Shown piece by piece: positions 47,350 to 61,200 of a stretch of 64,000 bases of DNA. Origin of the DNA: Monocercomonoides exilis PA203 (taxonomy: Eukaryota; Protista; Preaxostyla). Where the stretch lies: the NCBI GenBank assembly GCA_001643675.2, contig LSRY02000006.1:372001-436000 (forward strand). Direction: 5' to 3'. The notes beneath the pieces are model-generated. The model ran no database searches and was not told the origin of the DNA. It saw only the letters and a list, made by a program, of their open reading frames with translations. Numbering within the stretch: the first letter of the stretch is position 1; every line of letters starts with the position of its first letter. Both the position numbers and the translations under genes were made by a program.

Positions 47350-49456
47350 ATGAAAAATAATCAAGATTTTTTGAATGATTATTTAAATGCACAAAGAGGA
47401 ACTGGGGGCAAATCCGATAATCATGATATCCAATTGTTTGCAGTTTTAAATATAATTATCTCTGAGATTTTATTTAAAATGTGAATAAAAGTGAAAAATT
47501 GATGAAACATTCAAAGCAAAAGCTGAAAAAATTGCACAAGGATTCTCTTTCAGATCAATCTTCCTTTCCATTTTTCTCCATTAACGACCATTTATTATGG
47601 CCATTTGTTTCGTTTTATAAACACTTTCCACGCATGTCAACGATCTTCATTTCACTAACTGCTATTACTGCATTTCTTGGGATGAGCTTGCCAGGTTTTT
47701 TTAACAGTAATTCTTCGATAAACAGAATGCCACTGAAAATTTGGAAGTCGCATGAATTAGACAGTGAATGCAATACAAATACAGTTTTAGATATGCAAGA
47801 TGAATCACCTATCGAAACTTCTATCGAAACTCCTGTTGAAACTCCATCCAAGACTCCTTTTGCATCAAATGAAAGAGTTGAAGATTTAAGCTCATCGAAA
47901 GAAGAAATTGCAAAATCACAAAAAAACGAATCGCAATCAAGCCATTTACTTAAACATGAGGAAGAGAATTCAACTGCAAATGAGAAATTTGAAGATGGTT
48001 CGGCTGAACAAGAAATTCTCTCAAATCAAAAAATTTCTATTGGCATCCCAACTGAATTGGAAAAAGGAATTAATGACGTTTGAATGCTTTAATATTTAAT
48101 TAATGTTTGAAATATTTTTTTTATTTATATGCTTCAGAAACCTGAAGTTCAGAAAGTTATTGAAGTTCATGTTGACAATAGCATTTACTCTTCTGAAGCA
48201 TTTTCAATGCCAGATGTTGCATATGCGTCAGTTGGAGGATATGTCGAGGAGCATTCTAAATTATATGGTAAAAAAGAATCTGATGCGCGCAAAGTTTCGG
48301 ACTCTAATGACAGAAATGAAGAGGAAGTGTCCAATAGAGGAAAATTTTCAATGCTTTATGATTCAGCAATGGAACACACTTCAAAATTTATCAAATTTTT
48401 AAAAGGGGAAAACAAAAATGCTGAGCAAAGTCGTGCTGGAAATGAGGTGCCTCAAGGAAAAGGAATAAAAGATGAAATCCCGATATCTATCCTGAATGAT
48501 TCTCTTCATATTCCTGATATGTCCAGTTTGGTTGTTATTGGAGTATGTAAAATATCCTTCGAAAATAAGATAACTTGGATTGTTATTCTTAACGTCCATA
48601 GTTGAAGAAATAGAATATGAATTTTATATCTTTTTGAAAAAATGAATTTTTAAAATTTTTTAAATTATCTTTTTCTTTTTCTTGAAAGCGTAAGTTTAAA
48701 AAAAAATATCTTCTTTTTAATTTCTAATTGATTTATTTGTGTTTAATCTTTAATTCTCTTTCTGTCATTTGTTCATATTTATTGCAGCGCAATGACATTC
48801 AGCCTGGAGAGTGCCTTGCATTAACTGGCTTTCCAAGTTATGTTTCTGTTTTGCTTTCGAAACGAAGTCATGTCAGAGCAGTGTCTGTTGGCGGGATGCC
48901 TCGGAATCTGTCATTAAATCCAACAACTGCTCCTCGCCATGTAAAGGCAGAGTGTCTTTGCAGAGAATATCGAGAGGCTTGTAAATTAAAAATGGAGTTG
49001 TTTCGTTTCAATAATTATTATCTCCTCTTTTCTCGATCTGCATCTCTTTCTGCACCTTATTTAATATTCTTCTCATTTATTTCGATAATATTAATAATAA
49101 CAACAAAATTTTCCATCAATATTTTTTCATCGCATATGCAGGAACAATCAGATCCATCGCCTATTCCTGTTGGCCGATGCGCTCCTCGAGTAGATAATTC
49201 TGATTTGTTGAACAGCACAGCCCAATTGAAGCTTTCTCGGGTGTATCCAAAAATAGTAGAATACAGCGAGCAAATCGCTTCTGGAGAATTTGATATGCCA
49301 CAGAGGTATTATGCGACATTCTATTCGGCAGAGGAGAAAGGAACAAAGATGAAATGCGACGCGGTTCGATTTTCGATTGAAAGTAATTATGGTAATAATG
49401 AATACACTTGCCTGTATCGTGTAAAGGTGCATCCTCCGGCCATATCTGAGGCATAA
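47350..49456 (+). CDS. SUN-domain (Sad1/UNC-84) nuclear-envelope protein; exons 47350-47435, 47492-48077, 48138-48542, 48788-48976, 49142-49456
   Basis: Single TM (TIFISLTAITAFLGMSLPGFF). SUN motifs DVAYASVGG, QPGECLALTG, TAPRHV and C-terminal VRFSIESNYGNNEYTCLYRVKVH. Intron phases are consistent. Confidence 0.88.
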
Positions 49457-49731
49457 GAAGGAAAAGGAAGGAAATTGTTTCTCTTGTAAAAAATGAGTAC
49501 GAATTAGCAAAACATATGTTGCATTTCATTTTCATAAATTCCTCTGAATAAAGTTTAAATCATTTTTTTTTTTTTTTTTGGTTAATTTGCAATGTGTATT
49601 TTTGTTCACTCTTTAAATTTTTAAATGAGAAAGATAACTCGTTTCAATTCTTGATTTGGTTATTTGTCTTATACTGTCATATTTGTTCTTTTATTTTGGA
49701 AATGATCCTTCGTTCTGATTACTCAATAGCA

Positions 49732-50711
49732 TTATGTAATCCTCAAAGAAATCACAATAAATTGCAAGTGTTGTTGTCGATTAACTGGAAAGATTATTCA
49801 TAAGCATTGTCAAATATATAATTCTTTTGAAAATTAATTTGTTTAAAAAAAACGATCCATTGAACTTTTCATTTGAGGTGATGTTTGAAATGAACTTTTT
49901 TGTGAATCTGCATTTTGAGGCATAGATGGTGAAAGTTGCTTAGTTTGCAACAAATGATCTTGATTATGTGCAGAAGCTGTTGTTTGCTTTGATTTTGTAT
50001 CTTTGTATTTGTCTGCTGCGGTGGTGGAGAACGTTGGCATTTTAAAGTTAGATTCAGGATAATCTTTTTTGGTGGATCTAAAAAAATTTTTTTGAAATAT
50101 AAAGTTTCAAATTGCAAAAAGAAATCATTATAGAACTTAAAAATGAAAAAATAAAAAAGCATTTTTGCATACTGAGATGAGAAAGATAACGACTGTGCTT
50201 GACTTCGATCTTCCGTCTGTTGATCACCATGATAAGGAGATCGTTGATGGACAACTTCAGTCTCTTTTCGTTGTTTTTCTAAAGCTGGAACTTTTTGTAG
50301 AGATTGAACAATATCATCATTCCGCTTTTGATCAATCTGATTTCTCGTTGAACGTTTTGTCAGTCCATCAGGAACAATGTTTGTGAGCTTAAGTTGGGGA
50401 ATGGTCCTCTCATTTTGAAGCTTTTCAACGAAAAAAGATGTTGTAGATGAAGCTAAAACATTTTAAGAAAAACAACGCAAAGTTATAAACATTAGTGTGA
50501 ATATCAAAAAAGAAAAAAACAAGAAAAAAGTCACACATAAAGCGATGTGAAACAAAGCAAAAGAAATGCAAAGTGAAAAACAAAACATTAAAAAATCTTG
50601 TGAATATGATAGCAAATTAAAGATATTTTCAAACGATAAGGTTTTGTAAACGAACAGTGGAAAAGCCTCAATGCTTAATTTAATATTGCAATCTTTATCA
50701 AAAAGCATCAT
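49732..50711 (-). CDS. Hypothetical protein; tentative exons 50711-50635, 50452-50173, 50077-~49854, 49784-49732
   Basis: Stop-free hydrophilic frames joined by GT-AG introns of matching phase. No recognisable domain; ends uncertain. Confidence 0.5.
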
Positions 50712-50829
50712 CTCAGCACCTAGAAACAATAAAATTCGTCCAATTATATCATTTCGTTTTCGCTAATTTTCAACTTTAAAGTTACAAATAAATATCTATG
50801 ATCTAATCTCCCACAAATTTTTTCAGATC

Positions 50830-51698
50830 ATGGGATGTGGAAAGTCAAAAATCAAACCAGATTCATATAAAAAGCAGCAACCTGTTATAAACGAAAAAGA
50901 TAGTCAATTAATTGATATGAAATTATGCAGAGATTCACTTGCAGAAAGAAGAAATCAAGTATATTTTTTCATTCTTAAAAATCGGGAAATTGTCATAAAT
51001 ATCTCAAGTTATATAAATTTATAGATGCAGAGCGGAAAAAAGCTATTGATTTTCATAAATTAGGAAGAAAGGATCAGGCTATTTCTTGTATGAAGCGAAA
51101 AATGTCCATGGAGCAAATGGTGAAAGTTACTTCTGGTTATTATGATAACGTTTCAAAATTGATTGGAGAATTAGAGTCTTCAAATGTAGCCCTTGAAGTT
51201 GTTAATGTAATGGAAGGGGCAAACGAAATATTGGATGTTGTATTAAGTGATCTTGATATTGATAAGATTGAAGCATTGAAAGAACGTATAGAAGATAAAA
51301 TGGAGCAAGTTGACGTTTGCACAAAGTTTAAATTAAATATATATCTTACAATGTTGTTTTTGTGTAGGGTCTATCTGAAGCAATTGGCACTTTAAGTGGT
51401 GTTCCTTCCGATGAGGAAGCAGAAGCGGAACTTTCTAAATTAGATGTATGCTCATTAAATATTAGGAATTTAACTTTTGTAAAATTATTTTTCTTTTATC
51501 AATATGTTTCATGAATATGAATTGCATTGGATTTTAAAAAATTCATTTTTGTGACTTATTTATCAAAAGGAAATAAATCTATCCGATTTTCATATTCCAA
51601 AGGAACCAATAAAAGTTCCGAAAGAATCCAACACTTCATCGCAAAACGTTATAGAAACCGAGCCGCCTCAACAAGAAATGGAACTTGCATTAGCTTGA
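50830..51698 (+). CDS. VPS20: ESCRT-III subunit Vps20/CHMP6 (Snf7 family), ~213 aa; exons 50830-50958, 51009-51314, 51368-51445, 51570-51698
   Basis: N-myristoylation-type MGCGKS. INEKDSQLIDMKLCRDSL and ERKKA..F.KLGRKDQA..CMKRK match the Vps20 pattern. VVNVMEGANEIL...LDIDKIE and DEEAEAEL follow. Three phase-0 introns. Confidence 0.88.
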
Positions 51699-52392
51699 TA
51701 GTACAGTAATAAATTGTTCTATAATTAATTGTTAAGGATTTTGAAATTAGCGAAGAGTAATAATGAAGAATAATTGGTAGAACTTGATGTATTCATTCCT
51801 ATCATTTCTAAAAGTTTGACAAATGTTGTGAGTTTGTTCGCATCATTATATGTATTTTATGGTTATATTGTTTTAAACCTTTTTTTCAAAATGATATCAT
51901 TAAGCTAATAGAGAATACAGACACGTAAAAAAAAATTTTTGAGAGCATCCATTGAGAACATTGTCGAAAAAGTGATGAATGCAGAATTTGAAAATTTTTT
52001 GTTATTAAATAAAAAAAAAACCCAATGGGGAATTTTTTTGTGATAGAAAATAATTCTTCATTTGCACAAAAAAAACTTTTTTACATTTAGTTGAGATGAA
52101 AAACCCAATAATAAATAAAATGTTATTTTAACAAAATATAATATTATATACGTTTCAAATTTCAAATTAAAAAGGGAAATTTTTATTAAATTAATTTCCA
52201 TAATCATATTTTTGAAAAAATAGTTTTATAGAATTTGAAAAGACCTATTTTTTGTTGGTTTTAATCATATGGATTTGCTTTCGCTGAAGCCTAAAAGTTG
52301 AACAAAAAATTCAATTAGTGCAGATCAAATTCAAAAAGATTGAGTCATTTAAAAATTGATTCTCTTCTGGGGTTTCGATCTTTGTTTGTGAA

Positions 52393-52394
<2 letters not shown>

Positions 52395-52440
<46 letters not shown>
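52395..52440 (+). repeat. poly(T) homopolymer (46 nt)
   Basis: Read directly from the sequence. Confidence 0.95.
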
Positions 52441-53161
52441 CAGATGAAAATTGGAGAAATGAAATTTAATAAATTTTCGAATTATTCAATTTTCATCACT
52501 TGAAATTGTTCAAATAATGAAAACACTAAATCATTGGCTAAATCTCATTCTTTTGATTCAACTTCACTGAATTGAAGTATCACAATGGAATGATAGCAAT
52601 AGATAAAAAAACAAAAATCAAAAACAATAAATCAATTGCGAGAATATTTTTCATGAATGCGAATGAAAATATTAACGGAATGTGAGTAGACTTTATATTC
52701 ATGGTTAAAAATTATTGCATAATATTCGCTGCATATTGTTAAAAGCATTTAAAAGATGGCTGATTATTTTTGAAATCATAATTTTTCTTTCGAAATTTTC
52801 ATATCGAAAAATATCATTGAACAATAGCAAATGAACACTGAAAAATGAAATGGCATATTGAAGACATTTTCATTTTCATTTTTGCAAAGACATTGGCTTC
52901 AGAAACAATTGGGATGTATTTTGCATTTGAATTCTAAATAACTTTCCAAAGGCAAACAACCTTTGAAAAAACAGCACTCAGAAAAAGGTTATGATATCAA
53001 TAATAATAACCCAGATCAAAAACAATTCTTATGAATCTGGGCCTATTATCACTGATAGATTAAAAACAGTCAGAGAATATATGGAAAATAAAAGAATAAA
53101 CATAATAATTTTATTATTATTTAATTTTTCTATTTGTTCACCGGAGACAAAGCAAACTTAG

Positions 53162-53425
53162 AAATTTCTTGATCAAAGTTGGTTTATAACCTAACTAATC
53201 CTTTTTGAATTCACACTTTTGTTCGAGTTTTGATCAAAATTTTATTCTCAAAGGGATTTTGAAAAAAATATGTTTCCTTTGAAACGTCATCATGAACTAT
53301 ATGCACTTTCTGTTTATGCGCAATTTTTCAAAATACCATTGAGATAGAAATTTTGATCAAAACTTTCACAAAAGTCTGATTTCAAAAAGGATCAGCCGCC
53401 TTTCATAAATTGATCAAAAAAATTT
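53162..53425. repeat. Palindromic element, copy C (same orientation as copy A)
   Basis: Arms ATCCTTTTTGAATTCACACTTTTGTTCGAGTTTTGATCAAAAT and ATTTTGATCAAAACTTTCACAAAAGTCTGATTTCAAAAAGGATCAG. The loop is also similar to the copy A loop. Outer TTGATCAA motifs extend the symmetry. Confidence 0.85.
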
Positions 53426-53597
53426 TTTTTGATTTTGTTTCAAAATGGTTGAGTCATTTGAAATACGTCAAATGAAATGCAAAATTATCACTTCTGTTCG
53501 AAATAACGAAATAGTTCTCGAATAGGTGTGTTTTATTTTATTTCATTTTATATAACTTTATATAATTTTCTTTTTATTTCGATTTTTTTATTTTTTA

Positions 53598-53636
53598 ATG
53601 TTTGTTTGTTTGTTTGTTTGTTTGTTTGTTTGTTTG
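53598..53636 (+). repeat. (TTTG)n microsatellite
   Basis: Read directly from the sequence. Confidence 0.9.
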
Positions 53637-54306
53637 TGTATGTTTGAATGTGTGTGCGTGTGTGATTCTTTTTAAAATTCATTATAATTCAATGTGAAAT
53701 TATGAAATACATGCACACAGTATTTTTTCACCAGAATTTGTCCAGATTGAGTATATGATTCTTTGAATAAAAAAACTGTTAAAAATCAATATAACTTTTT
53801 TGTGTTGAATAATTTTTTCGATAAAAATTATTCCTTTTGCATACGAAAAATGATCAGTTTTTGCAATCATAACTTTGCAAGTGGTGTCAATGTTTTTTTA
53901 AAATTTATATTATTGATGTTATTCTTTTTGAAAAATGGCAAATGAATTTTTTTATAAAAAAATTTTAAAAATTAACATTTTTTTCAAATTTCTGTTTACA
54001 CTCACGATACTTGACTTTAATGAAAGAAAAAACAAAACAATGCTGTTGTTAACATTCAAGTTAAGTTTCATGAGTGCGAATAGGAATTTTTTATAAAAAA
54101 TATAAGAATAATATTTTGATCGAAAATTTTGCGTTTGCAACTTTTCAGTGAGAATCACCCATATTAAATTCGTAATTTTGATTAATTATCGTTCTTCATA
54201 TGGTGAATAATTTTTTCTTTTATGAAAAAAACAACGATTTGCTCCAAACATTTTCTGGGAAAATAGCATTATAAATCTTTCATTCCCATGACAAAAAAAA
54301 AAAAAA

Positions 54307-54346
<40 letters not shown>

Positions 54347-55212
54347 AGAAAAATTCATAAGTTGAAAAAAAAATATTTGTTTGAGTTGAATGGTACAAAA
54401 TTCATAAAGCTAAATATTTCGTCCCATACTCTGAAAAGATCCAATTTGACACATAAATTTTTGTATTAATTATTTATTCTTCAAGAAAACTTATGAATAA
54501 TATATGAGAAGAAATGGGACAAAATTTTTTGCTTTTAGAATTTTGTTCCATTCTTATCAAACAAATATTTTCCTCAGTTTTGGAAATTTTCTGTATATTT
54601 TTGACATAGGAATGCAAGATTTCTCATGATTAGGTTGTGGAAAAAGTTTGGAACAAATCGTTGTTTTTTTCATAAAAGAAAAATATTTGCCCAAAATGAA
54701 TATAAATTGAATAAATATTTCAAAAGTTGGTATAAACATTAAAACTTCTATTCAGATTCAAATATGAGATGGAAACGCTTCTAAAAAAGAATATGAATTG
54801 AAAAGCAACAAAACGATAAACACAATTGGAAGAAGTTTATAAAAGATTTGAGAATAGGTTATTTAAAACTGTTTTCAAATTTCAGTGATCTTTCATTTGT
54901 AATTTGGATCTTTATAAATAAAAAATTAGATTGAAAATAAGGAATAAAATTTTTGTATTTTAGAAATAAATAATGATTTGTTTCAAACTTATTCTCCATC
55001 GTATCATAATAAGTCTAACATTCCCATGCTAACAATGAAGAAAATGAAAAAAAAATATTGAGAAAAATAAAAGAAATAATTGTGAGGAGCAAAATTCAAA
55101 AATCTAATAACTTCGTCCCATGTCACAAGAAATTGATTAAAAAGACCCATTAGAGCAAATATTGGCCAAACCAAAGAATAATTTGGTGATTCTTGTGCTA
55201 AAAAAGATCTAA

Positions 55213-58200
55213 ATGTCATCAGGAATATGTTATCTGGTCTTTTTCATTCATCTTCACTTCGTGCATATGTGTTCCACAGATTATGAAGAAGACAAGAAAG
55301 AAGGAACAGAGGAATTTGAAAAGGAGATATTCCAAGACAGCTTAACTTCAAATGAAATTCAAAGCAGAAATGTTTTTGAAAAAAATGCAACTGAAAGTAG
55401 ATTCCATGCTTATAGTATCCAAAAGGAAGACTTTGATGAAGAAAATAACAAAAACGAAATAAAGTGTGAAGATGAATACAGAAAAAGAAGAAAACAACTG
55501 GGAAGCGTTCATGAAGGGAAAGAACGTAGGCGTTCAAACAACGATGCTGAAAAAAGTGGAATTGAAGGAAATCTGAAAATGATGAATTCTTCAGTTCTGT
55601 ATGTTGATTTGATAATCATGGAAAGTTCAAATAAATGTTTCATTGAAGCAGAAAAGAAGAGTTGTGTTGAATTAAAAGGATGCATTTTGTCCATTGGTGA
55701 AGAAAACTCACCTTTGAAATTGACTGAAAGTTGTGCGGTTTTGGTGAATGTTTCACTCGCATCATCAACTCAACATCTTCATTCAATTCCTCCTCTTTTT
55801 TCTTCAGAACGATCAGAAAACCAGTTTGAGCATTTCGGACGTGTTTCAATGTGCTCTTCAAGTTTTTCATCCTTTTTGGTCACAAGACCTCCATTTCTCT
55901 CATCTGCATTTGTTGAGAGGATTTCACTTTCAAATTTGAATTTCTTCAATATCTCGACAACTCCAGCAAAAACAGAATCACTCTCAACTTGCCAATGTGG
56001 AAAAGCAACCTCGATGAATTCGTGTTCATTTCATTCAGTTTGTGATGCATACGATGGAGGAATTGTTCCCTCAATCAACAACCCTTTGACTTCTTTGACT
56101 GCTTCAAATACCTCATTTGTTGGATGCTGTCGGACAAGAAATGTTGAATTCATCGGGACGAAAGATGGAAAGCTGACTCCAGGAAGACAGAACGAAACAA
56201 CCAATACATCAAACACATTCATTTGGTGCGAATGGAACGGATCAATCACAACCGGAACACAAAATTCAGCTACTGACGGTGTATCAAGTGGAGGAGCAAT
56301 TTTCATGTACAACATTAATAATGGAATACTTAATGTTTCACACAGTTTGTTCAATGGATGCGTTGCATACAGCCGTGGAGGTGGAATATTATGCCATTCA
56401 CTTCAATCAGTACTTCTTAATAATAATATATTCAATGTCTGTACCGCGCAAAATTATTATGGGGGAGGATTATATGCAGGTGCTATTATCTCATGTATTC
56501 AGATAAGTGAATGCGAATTTCTCAAGTGCAAAGCTCAAAGTGAAGGAGGTGGATTGTTGCTAAATACTGTGGGTGCCTCTTGTTCTGGATGTGTTGAAGA
56601 AGAAAAAGGTGAAGGAGAGAGTGCATGCGTGTTTGAATGCTCATTTATATCTTGCACAATTGAGGATATTGCTGGTGGAGGTATATTTTGTAAAAACATA
56701 TCCTTTGCACAATTCAAAATGAGAAATGTCCAGTTTGCATTGTGTGCGGCTGGATCTCAAGGTGGTGGATTGTTTTTTTCTCCATGGCAACAATCATTTC
56801 CAAGCTACGACCATTATTTCTTTTTTCTTTTTTTCCACAAATGCAGAATCGAGTCAGCTCCATATGGTCATGATGTGCTTTATGAAGATTATTTCTATCT
56901 GTATCGGAACCTTGAGAATCCGTTTTATGAATGTTACACAACCAATACAGGCGAAAAGAGAGTGTGTTATTATTATTATTCTGATGGGAATTGGATTGAT
57001 CTTGAATCACAAAAAAAGGGTTGGTTGAAGAATGGGGTGATGGATAAATTTGTTGGAGAAACAGGAAATAATACAAACAAATGGTGTGGAGTGAATAAGT
57101 TAAAGCCTTGCAAGACAATTGGATTTGCTGTTCAAAATACAATTTTTGATGTAACCTCGAATATTATTTTGGCGGAAGGAAATCACACAAGTGAAGCAAC
57201 GACGATTGATATTGGAACAAAAAAGATTTCTGTCATTGGGAAGGGAAGGGAAACATGTTCAATTGGAACAGGAGCACTTTCATCGGTAGGAACGCTATTC
57301 AGTGTGTCAACAGGTCATCTTGGTATGAGTCATTTGAAGATTGATTGTAACTCAAATGCAAGTCCTTCTCCGAGTGTGGTTGTGGTGACTGATGGGGGTG
57401 GGTCACTCTCATTGGAGGATATTTTGATCACCATGAGCAATACTGGAGAATACGTGATATCATCATCAGTGTTTGTGGTGCTACTGTCACAGCTATCGAT
57501 TGCTGATGCGGAAATGAAAGATATGAATAATTCTCAATCTCTATTCTCTGAACCTGATCTTTCATCATCATTGTTTTCATCCTCTTCCTCTGCATTACTT
57601 TTGACAACTTCCACATCGAAAGAGAGCACATTGGCAAATATCACGGTGAAGAATGTGAAGCAAGTGAATGGGGATGGTGTGGTTGTGGCAAAATCAGTTG
57701 CTGAAGAGGAAACGTTTGTGGTGTGGAACTCCACATTTGAAGATTGTGAGTGCGAGAGAGGCAGTGGAGGTGGTCTCAAAGTCAAGCTGGAATCAGCAAC
57801 AAGCAAGTTTCAAATGGGAGAAACAGCATCATCTAGTGGAGGAACAACTTCTTTTTCTCAATGCTGTTGCAGTGGGAATGGAGGAGGAGTTTTGATGTGG
57901 CTGGCAGAAAACTCATTTGACTTTGAGATATCATCAGTGAGCTTTGTTGGTTGCGGTGCAACATTAGGAGGGAAAGATGTGTTTGCGAATGGGAGCAAGC
58001 TGGTGAGAGGGACAATAACAACCACAAAGCTGAATGTTGAACACAATGGATCTATTTACGATGAGCTGATGGGATATGACCGGAACGAGGCAGGGATGGG
58101 AATATTTCCATTGAATGTGTTTTTTGATTCATTTTCAGGAGCAGCACATGTGGGGATAAAGAAAAATGGATTTGGAGGATTTGATTCGTGGTTTTGTGGG

Positions 58201-61200
58201 CTTGACTATTTTCCATGCAAAACGATCACAAAGGCAGCACAAAACAGATTCAGCTCGTCAAAGAAGATTATTGTGTTGGATTCGGGGTTTGAGTTGGCAG
58301 AAGTTGTCTCGATGGCAGGGATATATGAGTGGGAGGTGTATTGCGGGATAAACAAGACGAACGTGAATGTGAAGGTGCTGAGTGAAATGACGTCATCGTA
58401 TTTGATAATTGTTGAGAGCAAAAGTTCAATCAAGAACATTGCATTCCAAATTCCATATCAACTGTCGAGTGCAACATCACTCATTACTTCGACAAGCTCA
58501 TCACTCACACTCACGGACTGTTCAGTTGCTCATTCCTCAGAGAGCACATCGAGTGTGGCCTTTGGATATAGTATTGTAAATGCTCAGAGCGGGAGTCTGA
58601 AAATGGATCGATTTGTGATGGAGGAAGGGCTGATATTCAATGGTCATTCGGCTGTTGAATTTTGTGAAGGAATGACAAGTGTGATCTGTTCAGGATGCAA
58701 TATCAGTGGAGTTGTGAAAAATTGTGGAGATGGAGGATGGATGAAAGGGACAGTTGGAGGGAGTGGAAAGTTGACTGTTGATGGATGCAATATGAATGGG
58801 TGCAGTTGTGTTGGAGGAAAGGGAGGAGGAATATATGTTGGATTGAAGGGAAATGGGAAAGTGGTTGTGAATGGAACGAGTGTGATTGATGGGAATAAGG
58901 CAGAGAATAATGGAGGGAATGGAGGGAATGGAGGGAGAGGAGGAGGGATGTTTGTGTTGATGGGGAGTGGGGGATGTGGATTGACAATTGGAGAGAATGT
59001 TGAGTTTTCGAAAGTGAATGGGAATGTGGCAGAATATGGGAAGGATGTGTTTGTTCATTGTGAGAGTGGAGTGTTTTTGGAGTCAAAAGTGAATACAAGC
59101 TCATTTGCATTCTTTAACTCAAGAGTCATTTCATCAGATGTGTTGAAGCTGAGTGGGAGTGAGAATGGGGATGAAAGCGGAGTGATTCCACTGTTTGTGT
59201 ATTTGTGCACGATGGGAACGAAGGTGATTGTTGATGGGAGTGGAGGAAATGGGATGGACCACAGTCATTGCGGATTTGAAGGGTTTGGCTGTTTGACAGT
59301 TGATTATTGTGCTAACTCAAGATTGAGTGAAAGTTCAAATGAAATTGAGGTTGTCTCATCTTCGTCAATAAGGGATGAAATTAAAATTTCTTTATTTGGT
59401 GTGAGTATTTCAGGCAGAATAGTGTCATCCGATGGAGAGAGGATGCAAGTGAATGTGAGTGATGGAGGATCAGATACACAAGACTGGCTTGTTGGATGTT
59501 CGAGTTCACTGACAATGAGTAGACTTTCATTTGTTGTGAAAGGTCAGATGAATCCAAGGAGAAGTGCATTCATCCATTCAACATCAACACTCAATATGAC
59601 GAACTGTTCAGTCTCATTTGAGAGCGGGGCATTGACTAATGGAAAGATCGGATATAATGTGATAAACATTGAGGGTGGAGAACTGATTGTTGATGGATTT
59701 GTGATGGAAGGGGGAGTGACAATGAATGAGAAATCTCCAATATCAATAACAAGTGGAGTGAAATTGGAGATGAATAACAGCCAAATGAGTGGAGTGGAAG
59801 TGATAGGAGAAGATGGGGGATGTTTGAATGTTGAAATGAAGGAAGGTGGATGTGTGAAAATTGAATTGAGCAATTTGTCCTCGATCTGCTCAGGTGGAAG
59901 TGGGATGAAAGGGGGAGGGATGATGATATCAGTGAAGAATGGAGGGAGTTTGGAAATGAAAAATGTGAATTTGTCTGAATGTGAAGTTCCATCAGAGGAT
60001 AGTTCAGAGAAAAAAGGAGGATTAGGAGGAGCGGTATTCGCTGAACTGCCTGATCAAATGGGATCATTTGTGCTCGAAGGAATGAAATTTGAGGGATGTG
60101 ATGCCTGGAAAGGGAAGAACATGTTTGTTTCAGGATGGGTTCTGAGCAAGATTGTGAACAAGGAGCACTTCAAATGGGAGATAAAGGAAGAAGAGTTGGG
60201 ATCATTGGATGAGCTGTGTGGATGGGAGAGGAAGACAACAGGAGAGGGATATGTGATTCCATTGGTTGTGTATTTGTGGAGTAATTGGAGTGGAGATGGG
60301 TTTGTTTCGAAAGATGGAGGAGGAGACTTCAGCGGGTGTGGGTTTTCTGAGGCACCATGTTCATCGATTGACCACTTGATATCACTGAGATATGAACCAC
60401 TTAGAGAAGGGGAATCACACATCAGCATTGCAGGATCAGGGTTTCTGAGTCATTCCATATCATTTTCTTCTTCTTCATCATCTCCACCAACTTCACCTGA
60501 TTCAGAGTCACAAAAAATGGTGATTGAAGGAACAAAGAAAGGCACAGCAGTGATTATCAGCGATGAAGATGAGAATGATGCAAATGGCAGTCCATTTATA
60601 TCATCTGGCGTGAGTCTGATACTGACAAATTTGTCATTCTCAAATCCAAATCCAAACAGTCATCATGAGATATTGATCGAATCATCCGGAGCAAACATCT
60701 GTTTGTCAGTCGTGGATTGCTCGTTTGTCTCATTGAATGGAATGGCAGATGCAGGGTTTTGTGTGATGAAAGTGAATGGAGGGAGAGTTGTCGTTCAAGG
60801 ATGTTCGTTAGATGCAGATGGTGAGTTGAGAGGGTTCATCGCTTTCAGTGCAACAGCAACAAGGGAGGCGATTGTGGAGGATGCGAACATCTCGAATGTT
60901 GGGGTGAAAGAAAGAAGTCTGATATCGATGTTTGAGGATGAGCAGACGAATGGGATGAAAACCAAAAGAGGGATAAGCAGGGGAGAAAACAGGCATTCAA
61001 ACAACGAAAAAGTGGTGATAAAAGTGAATGGGTCTTCGTTCACAAACATCACAAATGGAGAAAACAGAGCAGGGATGTTGAGTGTGGATTCATTTGAGTG
61101 TGCGATGGAGTGTGTGTTGGAGGGGTGTTCGGTTTCGAGCTGCAGGAGTGAAATGTGCGAGGAAGGAGGAGGGATGAAAGTGTGTCTGAAGAGAGGAGAA

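Noticed and set aside
52360-52392. GATCGAAACC on the minus strand resembling an initiator tRNA T-loop
   Set aside because: The T-stem and acceptor stem do not pair; no cloverleaf.
51700-55200. Short Phe/Lys-rich ORFs in AT-rich spacers (also 20053-21615 and 44908-45773)
   Set aside because: Products of homopolymers and microsatellites with no coding features.
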